Source of the DNA: Eledone cirrhosa
Taxonomy: Eukaryota
Length of the DNA stretch: 64,000 nucleotides
Direction: 5' to 3'
Assembly: GCA_964016885.1 (NCBI GenBank)
Contig: OZ024766.1
Location: forward strand, 13,826,001 to 13,890,000
This document shows, one piece after another, positions 50,571-64,000 of this stretch. A model generated the notes under the pieces. It saw nothing but the letters and a program-made list of their open reading frames with translations. It searched no databases and was not told the DNA's origin. Numbering within the stretch: the first letter of the stretch is position 1; every line of letters starts with the position of its first letter. The position numbers and the translations under genes are program-made.

Positions 50571-52727
50571 ATATATATTTGCGCATACCATCCTGACTAG
50601 GACGTAGTCCAAAAGATGCCATTCCTTAGATGCAGGATGCATCCATGTGGTCTTGAATTTGTTCTTTTGTTGGAACATGGTGTTGGTAACACACAGATCC
50701 AGCTCCTCACACATCTGCAGCAGGAGCATACCATTATTGTTACACTTTCCCACCCCATGCCTTCCGATTACATTCCATGTGTTAAAATCCCTACCCACTC
50801 TAGCATTAAAGTCACCAAGCACGATGACTTTGTCTGCCTGAGGGATATTTCTTAAAACACCTTTCAAGGCATGGTAAAAGGACACTTTTTCTTCATCGAC
50901 AGAATTCATAGTTGGAGCATACACACTCACCAGGGTCGCATATCTTCCTTTGTCCAGCGGAACTCTCATGTACATAAGACGCTCACTAATCCCTACTGGG
51001 AATTCTACTAATTTATTCACAAGTACAGTCTTAACAGCAAATCCTACCCCAGCCTCTCTTCTGGTTCCTTCATCTCTTCCTTTCCAAAAGAATGTATATT
51101 CTCCACAAAATTCTGTAAGATGACCATCTCCAGCTAACCTCGTCTCAGATAAAGCCACGATGTCAAGATCGTAACGTCGAAGCTCCTTTGCAACAAGAGC
51201 GGTCCTTCGTTCAGGACGCTCCAAGGAATCCCTGTCAAGCAGCGTCCGTACGTTCCAGCAGCCAAGACTAAATGCCTTGTTTGGCTCTATTACAATGGCA
51301 CGATGACGAGCGGGCCTCGGCTGTGATAACCTGGGACCCCTGCCCTTATTGCCAATTATCTTTTTCGTTCCAGAACCTAAATTGCCAATTATCTCTTTTA
51401 TATTGTTCTGGAACATCATTGAATTGGAAGAAAAAAAAAAAAATAATAATAATAGTAACAATAATAATAATGATTTCATTTATTAGCCACAAGGGCCGAC
51501 ATGTAGGGGACAATACAAAGACAGGGACAGTGGGGGTTTACAATAAGGTCGAGTAAAAGTGCACAATGGCAAGTCTAATTTAACAATGAAGATATAAAAA
51601 TATAAAATAAACTATGCATAAATATAACAAAATAAATTCCCCGATAGGGGGTGGACGACCCTGAACCACCCTGTGCTTCTAGGGCACCCAGGGAGAGCAC
51701 CCCTCTCCTCAACTTAGCTAGCCTATAGGCACATGGTCAGAGTAGGGCCATTCACACGGGCCATTCTCGCCACATTCACCCACCTTTTAGAAAATGTACT
51801 GGGGGGCAGCACTTCTCTCTCCACCCTCACCTTCCTTTCCAGGTGAAACTTGAAGAAGTTGATGAGGGATTGGCCGAAGAGAAAAGTGTCTGTCTTTAGT
51901 CCATTCAACCTGGTCCACCATATAATCTCTTTCTCAACTTCCACCAGACAGAGGAAATGTCCTGCTCTTTCTGACCTAAGGAAGGCGGTGGATCGATCTT
52001 CACTATGGACTCGGCCGATAGCCGGATTCGTTCCACACGTGACAGTAGCTGTTCGACATAACTCCACAAGTCAGTAATGCACGGACATTGGACAAGTGCG
52101 TGCAGAACGGTTTCGTCGTTCTGTGCGCATCTTGTGCAGGTCCGTCTGACAGCACTTCCGTGCCTGTAGAGTTAATCCCGAACCGGCAGTGCCCCCTGGT
52201 AGCACTGCCAAGCGAGGGATTTCTGGAAATTGTCCATCGTCCCCGGCTCAAAAGTCCTCCGGTACAGACTGGTCAGTTCGACTTCGTCGAGGCCCAAAGC
52301 TTCTCCGAGTGCGTCATCGCACTTGCCCACCACTAATCCTCTATAGAACTCGAGAGTGGAAGTTCCACTGATCGCATTGCCCGCTTGGTAGAGGGCAGTG
52401 AGTGCCTGGCAACATTCCAGGTGCCAGTCACCCAGTCTCGGTCTCTTCTTGCTAGTACAGCGTTCCTTTGTCAGTGTTGAACAAACGAGCAAATATGGTT
52501 GCTGGACACTACGGCTTAATACAGGATGTTTGTTTACAAACACACCGAGCATTATAATAAATGTTCGGTGAATCCATACATACATATATATATGTGTGCA
52601 TGTATGTATATATATATACATACTACTGTACGTCTGTATACATATATGTATGTACGTGTACATACTTATATTTAAGTAACAGCCGTACTAAGAGTGGGAA
52701 ATGAAATTTCGTTTCATTTTTTCCGTT

Positions 52728-52759
<32 letters not shown>

Positions 52760-55700
52760 AAGTAAAGGGGATGCTCTGGAGAGGAGCAATTATAGGGCCA
52801 TAAAGCTGATGGATCAGGTTATGAAAGTGGCAGAGAGAATATTAGCGCAACTGATTAGAGAAAGGGTCAATTTAGATGAGATGCAGTTTGGTTTTGTGCC
52901 TCGGAAAAGTACAACAGATGCCCTCTTCTTAGTGAGGAAACTACAAGAGAGGTTCTTAGAGAAGAACAAGCCTCTATACTTAGCTTTTGTTGACCTAGAG
53001 AAGGCCTTTGATAGGTACCCCGATCTGTCATCTGGTGGTCCCTAAGGAAACTAGGTGTAGAGGAATGGCTTGTGAGGACAGTGCAAGCTAAGTACAGGGG
53101 TGCTGTCAGTAAAGTGAGAATAGGAATGGAGTTTAGTGAGGAATTGCAGATGCAAGTAGGTGTAAATCAGGGTTCGGTCCTCAGCCCACTCTTGTTCATT
53201 ATAGTCCTCCATACCATAACAGAGGAGTTTAAGATTGGATGCCCATGGCAACTTCTCTATGCTGATGATCTGGTTCTTATAGCATAATCAGTAGAGGAGC
53301 TAGAGAATAAATTCTGCCTATGGAAACAGTAGTTGGAATTAAGAGGCCTGAGAGTGAACATAGCTAATACAAAAGTGTTGATGAGTAGAAAAGAGGACAA
53401 TACTCTGATTCCATCAGAGAAATGGCCATGTTCGATATGTAGGAAAGGAACTGGCATAAATTCCATAAAATGCAGATCTTGGGTACACAAGAGATGTAGT
53501 GGGATAGTAGGCAAACTAAGAGGTAGGGAAAACTACATATGCAGTAGATGTACAGGGACATTTGACAGTAGGAGTCGCAGTGATAGACACATTTTTCAAA
53601 TACAGGTGGGTTCTATAGAAGTGGTTGATAGCTTCCGGTACCTAGGTGATCAGATTAGCATGGGAGGGGGGTGTTCCAAGGCTATAGTCTCCATAATAAA
53701 GACGGGTTGGAAGAAGTTTAGGGAGCTGCTTTCTCTGTTGACAAAGAAGGGTTTCTCCCTGCATACGAAAGGGCGGTTATATGATGCCTGTGTGAGATGC
53801 GCGATGCTGCATGATAGTAAGACATGGGCAGCAACTGCAGAAGATATGCACGGCTGGAGAGAAATGAAGCAAGCATGCTCTGTTGGATGTGCAATGTCAA
53901 TGTGTGTGAACGACCAAACATAGACGAGTTGAGAAAGAAACTGGGTATAAGCGGGATAAGTTGGGTGTGCAAGAGAGAAGACTGAGATGGTATGGACATG
54001 TGATGCGCATGGAGGATGACCCCTGGGTAAAGAAGTGCCAAGAAATCCCAGCAGAAGGAAGATGCAGAAGAGGTAGACCACGTAAAACATGGGCGGAGGT
54101 GGTGAGAGAAAACCTGAGATCACTGAAATTCACAGAGGAGATGACGGAGAACCGTGACAAGTGGAGAGATGCTGTGCTGAATAAGACCCATCCCATCCTT
54201 GCAAGCAGGGAAAAACGGACGTATGATGATGATGATGATGATATATATATATATACTAGTATTCAAGTGTTTAGGGAGAGACCGATAACATTGTTAGAAC
54301 TCATTGCAGCCTTGAAGAGATGGTTTCAACAAGATTGGGTGGTGAAAGTTATAGTTTTCGTAGAAGGATCTCATCACATAAGGTTCCTTCAAAGATTCCT
54401 CTAGAGTTACAGAGTCATTTATATATATGTGTGTGTTTTGAACAATGAAAATAAAACTTGAGACAAAGATATGTTCTTAATTAGTTCATTGTTTTACGGT
54501 CATTTCAGAGGTTTGATTGATCATGGTTGATTGATGTATTGACAAACAGGTAGTTGTTATGTCACTAACTATTTCTAGTCTCAAAATACCTGATCAATCA
54601 CACCATATCAATATATTGATTTACCATGATCAATCAACCCTCTGAAACGATCGTAAACAATGAACCATATCTCAGACTTTTGTTTTATTTTCAATGTTCA
54701 ATACCCACAAACACACATATATAATTGATAATTTCTTTGGAATAATTTATGAGACTTGTGGCTGGAACAAAGTACCAGCCAGACAGATGGTGACCTAGTG
54801 GTGAAACAGCACAGTAGATAGAGCTATTAACCCTGTAGCATTTACATTACTCTATATTTACTATTATATATTCATGGTAAAGTCTTTATCTCACATAATA
54901 TTGAATCTATGAGACTTTGATATTACTAATTTTGAGGACAATACATTAACATCAATATGAGCTGCGAGTTACAGCCGGTTTGAACAGAAAGATGTGAGAG
55001 AACTTTGGCTGGATACGGCCAGTTTAAATGATAAAGGGTTAAAGATAAGTGACAGGCATGGAAAGACTGGAAAAATAAGGGTATCAGACAAGGACCAGGT
55101 AGCTAAGAGAGAAGCTAGAAGACAGGTATACATAACACAGAGAGAGGCTGAAAAAAGAAAGTTTGCCAAAGTCTTGAGACGTGAGAATGAGAGGTGTGAA
55201 GTGTTCCACATTGCAAGACAGGGAAAGGTGTGTTAGAAATGACACTGGTACACTTAGCACCACTGATGCTAAAATGAAAGAGGCCTAGAAATGTTACTAT
55301 GAGAGATTGATGAATGTAGAGAATAAATTAAGAAGCAATCTTAGACTTTTGTTTTATGTTCATTGTTCAACACACATACACATATAATTGACATTCTCTT
55401 TGAAATTACTGATGAAACTTGTTAGTGACACAACTACAAAAGAGGTTCCTAGCCAAGATTAAGCTGCAATATTTAGCTTTTATAGATCTAGAAAAGGCCT
55501 TTGGCAGAGTACCTTACTCTGTTATCTGGTGGTCCTTCAGAAATTTAGGTGAAGAATGGCTTGTGAGAGCAGTGCAAGCCATGTACAGAGCAGCTGTCAG
55601 TAAAGTGAGAGTAGGAAGGGAGTTTAGTGAAGAATTCAATGTACAGGTAGGTGTTCATCATGGTTCAGTTCACAACCCACTGCTGTTCATCATAGATCTC

Positions 55701-58700
55701 CAGGCCATAACCAATGGGTTTAAGACTGGCTGTTCACCGGAAACAGTCTATGTGAATGATCTGGTCCTTATAGCTGACTCCATAAAAGAACTAGAGAATA
55801 AGTGACCCTACTGCATATGTAGAAAAGGAGTAGGCATAAATTGTACACAATGATAGCTTCCGCTATCTAGGTAACCTAATTAGCAGCGGAGGAGGGTGCT
55901 TCATAAGAGAGGATAGGATTGAAGTTTAGAGAGCTACTTCCACTGTTGGCAAATAAAGTTTCTCCCTACGTAAAAAAATGTTGGCTGTACAATGCCTGTG
56001 TGTAAAGTGCAATACTGCATGGAAGTGAAACATGGGCAGTAACTGCAGAAGACATGCATAAGCTGGAGAGAAATGGAGCAACCATGCTTCGTTGGATGTG
56101 CAACGTAAATGGGAGAGGAAGGCAGAGCTGGGATAAAATGAGGAAGAAATTGGACATCAGAGGAAACCGAAGTGGTGTTCAGGAGAGAAGACTGCTTTGG
56201 TAGGGATATGTGATATCCATGGATGGTGATCACTGGTTAAAGAAGTGCCACGGAATACCAGAAGAGTGAAGCCATACTAGAGGTAGACCAAGGAAGACCA
56301 GGGTAGATGTGGTGAGAGCTGATCTCAAATTGCTGAGACTCACAGAGGAGATAACGAAGGAACAAGCGAGTGGGGAGATGTTGTGCTGAAAAGAACCCAT
56401 CCAACCCATGCCAGGATTGAAAAACGGACGTAAAACTATGATGATGTAGATGAAGTATATTAACTCTAAACAGATTTCGACTAAAACGAACAAAACTTCC
56501 CTGAAACAACAGGGTACAGCTAAATATAAACTATATTTTATAATGTAAGGTAGTGAACGAGATAATTAAATAGACGGAGGTAACTTAGATAATAAAAATA
56601 TCTTTAATTTACTTAAAGCAATAACAAGGTACAGCTAAATATAAACTATATTTTATAATGTAAAGTAGTGAACCACATAATTAAATAGACGGAGGTAATT
56701 TAGATAATAAAGATATCTTTAATTTACTTAAAGCAATAACAAGGTACAGCTAAATATAAACTATATTTTATAATGTAAGGTAGTGAACCACATAATTAAA
56801 TAGACGGAGGTAATTTAGATAATAAAGATATCTTTAATTTACTTAAAGCAATAACAAGGTACAGCTAAATATAAAATATATTTTATAATGTAAGGTAGTG
56901 AACAAGATAATAGACGGAGGTATTTTAAATAATAAAGACAGTCATGATAATATATTTTATATCACATGTAACAGTGGAATCGGTTAATTACTGGATCGTT
57001 GAAGAGTTCACGTAATTCTATAATTTACACACATTAATATAGACATTAAGTAAATCTTTGTCAACTGTACATGGCTTGCACTGCTCTCACAAGCCATTCT
57101 TCTACACCTAAAAGCGGAAGAGGAGGCGCTCCATTTGTGTCAGATTTGGGCTGGGGCAATATTTCCCAATTCCACTTAATTCCATTAAATATTCAATCTT
57201 GGTCGAAATAAATATTTTCATCGGTGACGATCTGTACAACCAATAATAGTAGGAGTCACGTTACATGATATATATACAGGGTGTCCCTAAAATATGTATA
57301 CACATTTACATAGACTGTAGTTGAAGTGTGTATACATGTTTGGGGAGACCCTGTATATATGTTAAAAGATGATTGATATATATATCTACACTCAAATGTA
57401 TATTTATATATATATAAATATATGTATATATATATAAAGATATATATACTCTTACGTGTATACGTCTGAAAATGTATATATGTATGTAAACACATACCTA
57501 AACATACATGTTTACATATAGATGGACAGTTATACATATACAATAACTTATTTCTATACATACATATACCACAAGTAAGGCATGGTGTTGCCAACTAACC
57601 AGAGCTCCCTCATAATGGACCAGCTAGATCCCAAAATACAGGCCTGCTAGCCAACACACAGTCCCAATAAGTGTAAACTACAGCGCAGCTATCTGGACAG
57701 ACTTGTCTTAAGACTACTCATTATCCCACTACATCTTTTGTATACTATATATATACTGTGTATATACTGTTTATATATATATACACACACACATATAATT
57801 GTGTATTCACACATTATCTTAGTAATGAAATAATAATTTTAGTAAATTGTTCAAAATTCTTCATTAACCCTTTTGGTAGAAACCCAGCCAAAATAGGTTC
57901 TCCTTCTATGGAAATGGTTCCTATCTAAATTAAAGTCTTCCAACGAAATTCTATATAACAACCATATGTTAAGTTACTATGTTAGTAATTAACTAACAAT
58001 TGTGATAAATAGCTCATAATTATTCATAATTAATTGAAATACAAGGTTCATAATTATAATAAAATCTTCGAATAGGCTACGAAGCCGGTAAACCTTAAAG
58101 GTACGCAACACACACGTCGCTATAGCGTTTCACCAGCCCCCTCCTTCCTCAATCATTACATAGATGTGTGTGTATGTAATAATTATTTTGTATTGTGTGT
58201 CTATTTATGAATATATATGTGTAGATGTGTGTGTGTGTAACACAGTAGATGTGTGTGTATGTAACTGAGCAGATGTGTATGTAACACAGTAGATGTGTGT
58301 GTGTGTAACACAGTATATGTATGTGTGTGTAACACAGTAGATGTGTGTGTATGTAACTCAGCAGATGTGTATGTAACACAGTAGATGTGTGTGTGTGTAA
58401 CACAGTATATGTATGTGTGTGTAACACACTAGATGTGTGTGTATATATGACACAGTAGATGAGTATATATAACACGGTAGATGTGTGTATATGTAACACA
58501 GTAGATGTGTATATATAACACAGTAGATGTGTATGTAACACAGTAGATGTGTATATATAACACAGTAGATGTGTATATATAACACAGTAGATGTGTGTAT
58601 ATATAACACAGTAGATGTGTGTATATGTAACACAGTAGATGTGTATATATAACACAGTAGATGTGTGTATATGTAACACAGTAGATGTGTGTATATAACA

Positions 58701-61700
58701 CAGTAGATGTGTATGTAACACAGTAGATGTGTATATATAACACAGTAGATGTGTATATATAACACAGTAGATGTGTGTATATATAACACAGTAGATGTGT
58801 GTGTATGTAACACAGTAGATCTGTGTGTTTGTAACACAGTACATGTGTGTATGTAACACAGTAGATGTGTGTATGTAACACAGTAGATGTGTATGTAACG
58901 AAAGTGTAACGTACGTTACGAATGGACAACTAAAAGATTTTAAATTGTTTTTTAACAATTGTTGGTGGAAAAAAATTTTAATTGTCTTAATTCAGACCAT
59001 AAAGGGCCGCAACACACTTACCGGCTACATAGCCTCGGAGTCTATTTTACTGAGACCGGCGACATATCTTCTTCCTAAGTAGATGTGTATATATAACACA
59101 ATAGATGTGTGTATATATAACACAGTAGATGGGTGTGTATGTAACACAGTAGATCTGTGTGTATATCACACAGTACATGTGTGTGTATGTAACTCAGTAG
59201 ATGTGTGTGTATGTAATACAGTAGATGTATGTGTATGTAATACAGTAGATGTGTGTATGTAACACAGTAGATGTGTGTGTATGTAACACAGTAGATGTGT
59301 GTATGTAACCCAGTAGATGTATGTAACACAGTAGATGTGTGTGTATGTAACACAGTAGATGTGTGTATGTAATACAGTAGATGTATGTGTATGTAATACA
59401 GTAGATGTGTGTGTATGTATCACTAGATGTGTGTATGTAAGACAGTAGATGTGTGTGTATGTAACACAGTAGATGTGTGTGTATGTAACACAGTAGATGT
59501 GAGTATGTAACACAGTAGATGTGAGTATGTAACACAGTAGATGTGCGTATGTAACACAGTAGATGTGTGTGTATGTAACACAGTAGATGTGTGTATGTAA
59601 CACAGTAGATGTGAGTATGTAACACAGTAGATGTGTGTATGTAACACAGTAGATGTGTGTGTATGTAACACAGTAGATGTGTGTATGTAACTCAGTAGAT
59701 GTGTGTGTATGTAACCCAGTAGATGTGTGTATATAACCCAGTAGATGTGTGTAACTCAGTAGATGTGTGTGTATATAACACAGTAGATGTGTATGTATGT
59801 AACACAGTAGATGTGTATATGTAACACAGTTTATGAGTGTGCATGTAAGTCAGAAGATGTGTGTGTATGTAACACAGTAGATGGTGTGTACGTAACTCAG
59901 TAGATGTGTGTATATAAGACAGTAGATGTGTGTGTATGTAACACAATAGATGTGCGTGTATATGTAAGACAGTAGATGTGTGTGTATGTAACACAGTAGA
60001 TGTGTGTATATGTAACACAGCAGATGTGTATGTAACACAGTAGATCTCTGTATATGTAACACAGTAGATGTATGTATGTAACACAGTAGATCTCTGTATA
60101 TGTAACACAGTAGATGTGTGTATGTAACACAGTAGATGTGTATGTAACACAGTCGATCTATGTATATGTAACACAATAGATGTGTGTATGTAACACAGTA
60201 GATGCGTGTGTATGTAACACAGTAGATCTCTGTATATGTAACACAGTAGATGTGTGTATGTAACACAGTAGATCTCTGTATATGTAACACAGTAGATGTG
60301 TGTATGTAACACAGTAGATGTGTGTGTATGTAACACAGTAGGTGTGTGTGTATGTAAGACAGTAGATGTGTGTGTATGTAAGACAGTAGATGTGTGTGTA
60401 TGTAACATAGTAGATGTAAATATAACTAAAGTGTAACGTAAGTTAAAATGGACGACAAAATGACTTTAACTTGTTTTTTAACAATTGATGGTGGAAAAGA
60501 TTTTAAATTGTCTTAACTCAGACCATAAAGGGCCGAAACACATGGAGTCTGACACTCTTACCGGCTACTTAGCCAGGGAGTCTATTTTACGGCGTCCGGT
60601 TACATAGCTTCTTCCTAAAAGTCTTCCAACATAATTTTATACAAGAACCACATGTGAAGTTACTAATAAAATAATTAATAATTAAAAACTTCAGTAAATC
60701 CTTCAAATGATATCTCAGTAATGAAATAATTAATAATTGTTATAAATACCTCAAAATTCCTCATTAATTAAACCCAAGACAGGTAAAAACTCCAGAGTCT
60801 TTCAATCGGACATGAAACAAATTAATTTCTAATGGAAGAAGTAAAGATTTTAAAGTCAGCCAAGGGAGATCACTCTCAGCGACTTATCGTAATTCTTGTT
60901 CCTAAATTAATCCGGATGAAAATATTCCGGTGTATTTTGTGTGGAGGAAACCGGATTTAGGCGGTGATAGCACGCAGTACATGAACGTATGGTTCGTGAG
61001 TTCGAATCCCATACCGGGTGGTCTGTACGTCGGGGCCTTGAACAAGACACTTTATTTCTCATTGTTTTATTTCACCCAGCTGGCAAAAATAATAAGTTGT
61101 AATAATTATAGTGGAAACGTTGTTACATAGAATTGTCACACTGAATCTCCCTGAGAAGAATGTCAACGGTATACGTGTCAATGAAATGCTCAGACACATT
61201 ATAATATAAGATGGGTTCTACATGTATTTCAAAGGGAAGCCATGCCATACGTCTTGCTGAATCTCCCTGAGAACTACGTATATACTAGTGACTATCAGAC
61301 ATAGTGTATCTAGGATTACATTATCTAATGTACAGTACAGTAGTTAGTATTAGTGGCTATAAGACATAGTATATCTAGGACTACATTATCTAATGTACAG
61401 TATAGAAATTAGTATTAATGGCTATCAGACATAGTGTACCTAGGACTACATTATCTAATGTACAGTATAGTGTCTATCAGACATAGTGTACCTAGGACTA
61501 CATTATCTAATGTTCAGTATAGTGGCTATCAGACATAGTGTACCTCGGACTACATTATCTAATGTACAGTATAGTGGCTATCAGACATAGTGTATCTAGG
61601 ACTACATTATCTAATGTACAGTATAGTGTCTATCAGACATAGTGTATCTAGGATTACATTATCTAATGTACAGTATAGTAGCTATTAGACATAGTGTACC

Positions 61701-62634
61701 TAGGACTACATTATCTAATGTACAGTATAGTGGCTATCAGACATAGTGTATCTAGGACTACATTGTCTAATGTACAGTATAGTGGCTATCAGACATAGTG
61801 TATCTAGGACTACATTATATAATGTACAGTATAGTGGCTATCAGACATAGTGTACCTAGGACTACATTGTCAAATGTACAGTATAGTGGCTATCAGACAT
61901 AGTGTACCTAAGACTACATTATATAATGTACAGTATAATGGCTATCAGACATAGTGTACCTAGGACTACATTATCTAATGTACTATATAGCAGTTAGTAA
62001 TTGTGGCTATCATTATTATAGACTTCAAGTCGGTAGAGGGTCAGACGCCATGCTTTCCAGCATAGTTACATACCTTTACGATCTGAGTTCAAATCCCGCC
62101 GAGGTTGACTTTGTCTTTCATCCTTAGGGGGTCGATAAAATAAAGTACCAGTAATGCACTGGGTAATTGCTGGTCTTGTGCCTAAAGTAGAAACAATTAT
62201 TATAGACTTCAAGTAAATCTTTGTCAACTTACCTCCTTCACATATAATCAATGTGTTGTGTTGTTAGTTGTTACTAAACAACCAAAGAAATAATCTCTTT
62301 GTTATCAAATTAAAAGTTTCAAAGATGTTATCAGCTTTATTTCACGACATTAACGTTGGTGTATCTTCTTCATCTTTAGTCATGAATTGATATCTTGTCA
62401 GAATGAAGTAGTGAGGATGACTTTATGTCTTTAGCTACAGATTTGATAGGAAATATATATATATTAGGTTGATATGTGGTCTAAAATATATATATTGTCT
62501 ATAAATGACTGATAGCAGATGTTCTGGTGAAATAGTAGTTTTACTACTACAGATTGTAATGGAACTCTTAGTAGACACAATTGTAAAGTAAGAATAGATA
62601 TGACAGTGTAAGACTGATGTCGGGGAAATTTACT

Positions 62635-62687
<53 letters not shown>

Positions 62688-64000
62688 GTTACACAAGATA
62701 TAATTAGATTAATTAAAGTTATAATTGTTTCTACTTTAGGCACAAGGCCAGCAATTAACCAGTGCATTACTGGTACTTTGTTTTATCGACCCCGTAAGGA
62801 TGAAAGGCAAAGTCAACCTCGGCAGGATTTGAACTCAGATCGTAAAGGGACGTAACTATGCTGGAAAGCATGGCGTCCGACCCTCTACCGATACTGCCAA
62901 TTCACCGCAATGAAGGCAGCAGGTACTCGGTGTCGTTGTGCATGTTTCAACTCTCTTCCCGGTGTCATACGTTAAAAGTCCCTGATATAATTTATACCTT
63001 CAGACACAGTTCCAATCGTTTTTAGTTTATTGTAAATCAGAAAGTATCACTCAATAAAATATCAATTATATATCAATAAGAAAACCTCTAGGTAGTCTCA
63101 CTGACTGCTAGAAATAGCAGCGATATTACCCATTACAACTGCTCTCTCTCTCTCTATATATATATATACACACATATATGTACGTATGTATGTATATGTG
63201 TATATATGTGTATGAATGAGTGTGTATGTGTGTATATGTGTACATAGGGTTTTGGTATATGTACGTTTGGTGAACATATGTGTATTTACCTGTAGGTATG
63301 TGTGAGTGTGCGTTCTATACGCATTTATGCGTGTATATTTATATATGTATTTATAATTATATGTATATATACACACACAAACATATATTTATATGTGTAT
63401 TTGGTGCATACAATCGTATGTGTGCGGGTATATGTGTTGCGCCGGTTTACGTCCGTGCGCGCCTGTTTATGTGTACGTATATGTATATGCATGCATGCCG
63501 TGAGTTTTTGCATATGCTCGTGTATAAATGTGTGTATGTATATATTTAATTATTATTACTTTTATGATTTTAATAACATCTGTCATTTTCGTTCAACTAA
63601 TTTATTTACATTATTCTGGACTCCGAAGCCGAGCATCATTCAGTTTCCTTAATAGAATATTAGTCTACGACTCCATTTACACCATAAACGTGGTTTTGTC
63701 TTTACGTGTAATTGTTGTCACCGCTCCACATAACGACGTATTATCTTCTTTTTCCCGTTCATTGCCAGGGAACGTCTTCACGAATCAAAGCATAAATTAT
63801 TTTCACGAGCTGACGTACCCAGCTTCGCCCGGGTAAACAGATGATAAAAGAAAAGGTCCCTATTTACTCCCTTCACAACTCTGTATGTTAGACTGACAGA
63901 CAGGCACACAGACAGATAAACTGCGTGGCGATTGTGGAACGCCGCACGTATACACACATACACGCACACAAACTTACACACACACCCGTGCACTTACACA
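49942..64000. repeat. Segmental/tandem duplication, copy B; repeats all elements of 1-12703
   Basis: Colinear copies: RTE 5' part 50589-51431, Tx1 51432-52451, RTE 52759-54241, MITE 54831-55038, SINEs ~62030-62200 and 62720-62910, Helitron derivative from ~63806. Confidence 0.97.
58220..60420. repeat. Expanded ~22-bp minisatellite with embedded duplicate of its flank (58900-59075)
   Basis: Same unit as 8255-8690 but about five times longer. Confidence 0.93.

Overview
Eukaryotic, AT-rich and microsatellite-dense DNA. The SINE types, (TA)n tracts and RTE/Penelope load resemble an octopod cephalopod genome (inference). The window is mostly intronic and packed with retroelements: three distinct RTE-clade LINE families, a Tx1/L1 fragment, CR1 fragments, a Penelope-like element with a 1.4-kb inverted duplication, and tRNA-derived SINEs. 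It also holds a degenerate autonomous Helitron joined head-to-tail to its own deletion derivative, MITEs, satellites and 5S rRNA fragments. Three 138-bp phase-1/1 exons of a minus-strand multi-EGF (MEGF/SREC-like) host gene are present; one is absent from the ORF track and two come from a 2.9-kb duplication. Bases 1-12.7 kb recur at 49.9-64 kb. The most notable signals outside the ORF track are at least four families of type I hammerhead ribozyme motifs, including a ~442-bp tandem/permuted retrozyme-like unit and a canonical solitary hammerhead. Others are an RTE with a PHD finger inside its RT, an RTE with three C-terminal C2H2 fingers split into oppositely oriented halves, and a CTAG|TC Helitron junction. 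All calls were made by eye, so most boundaries are approximate.
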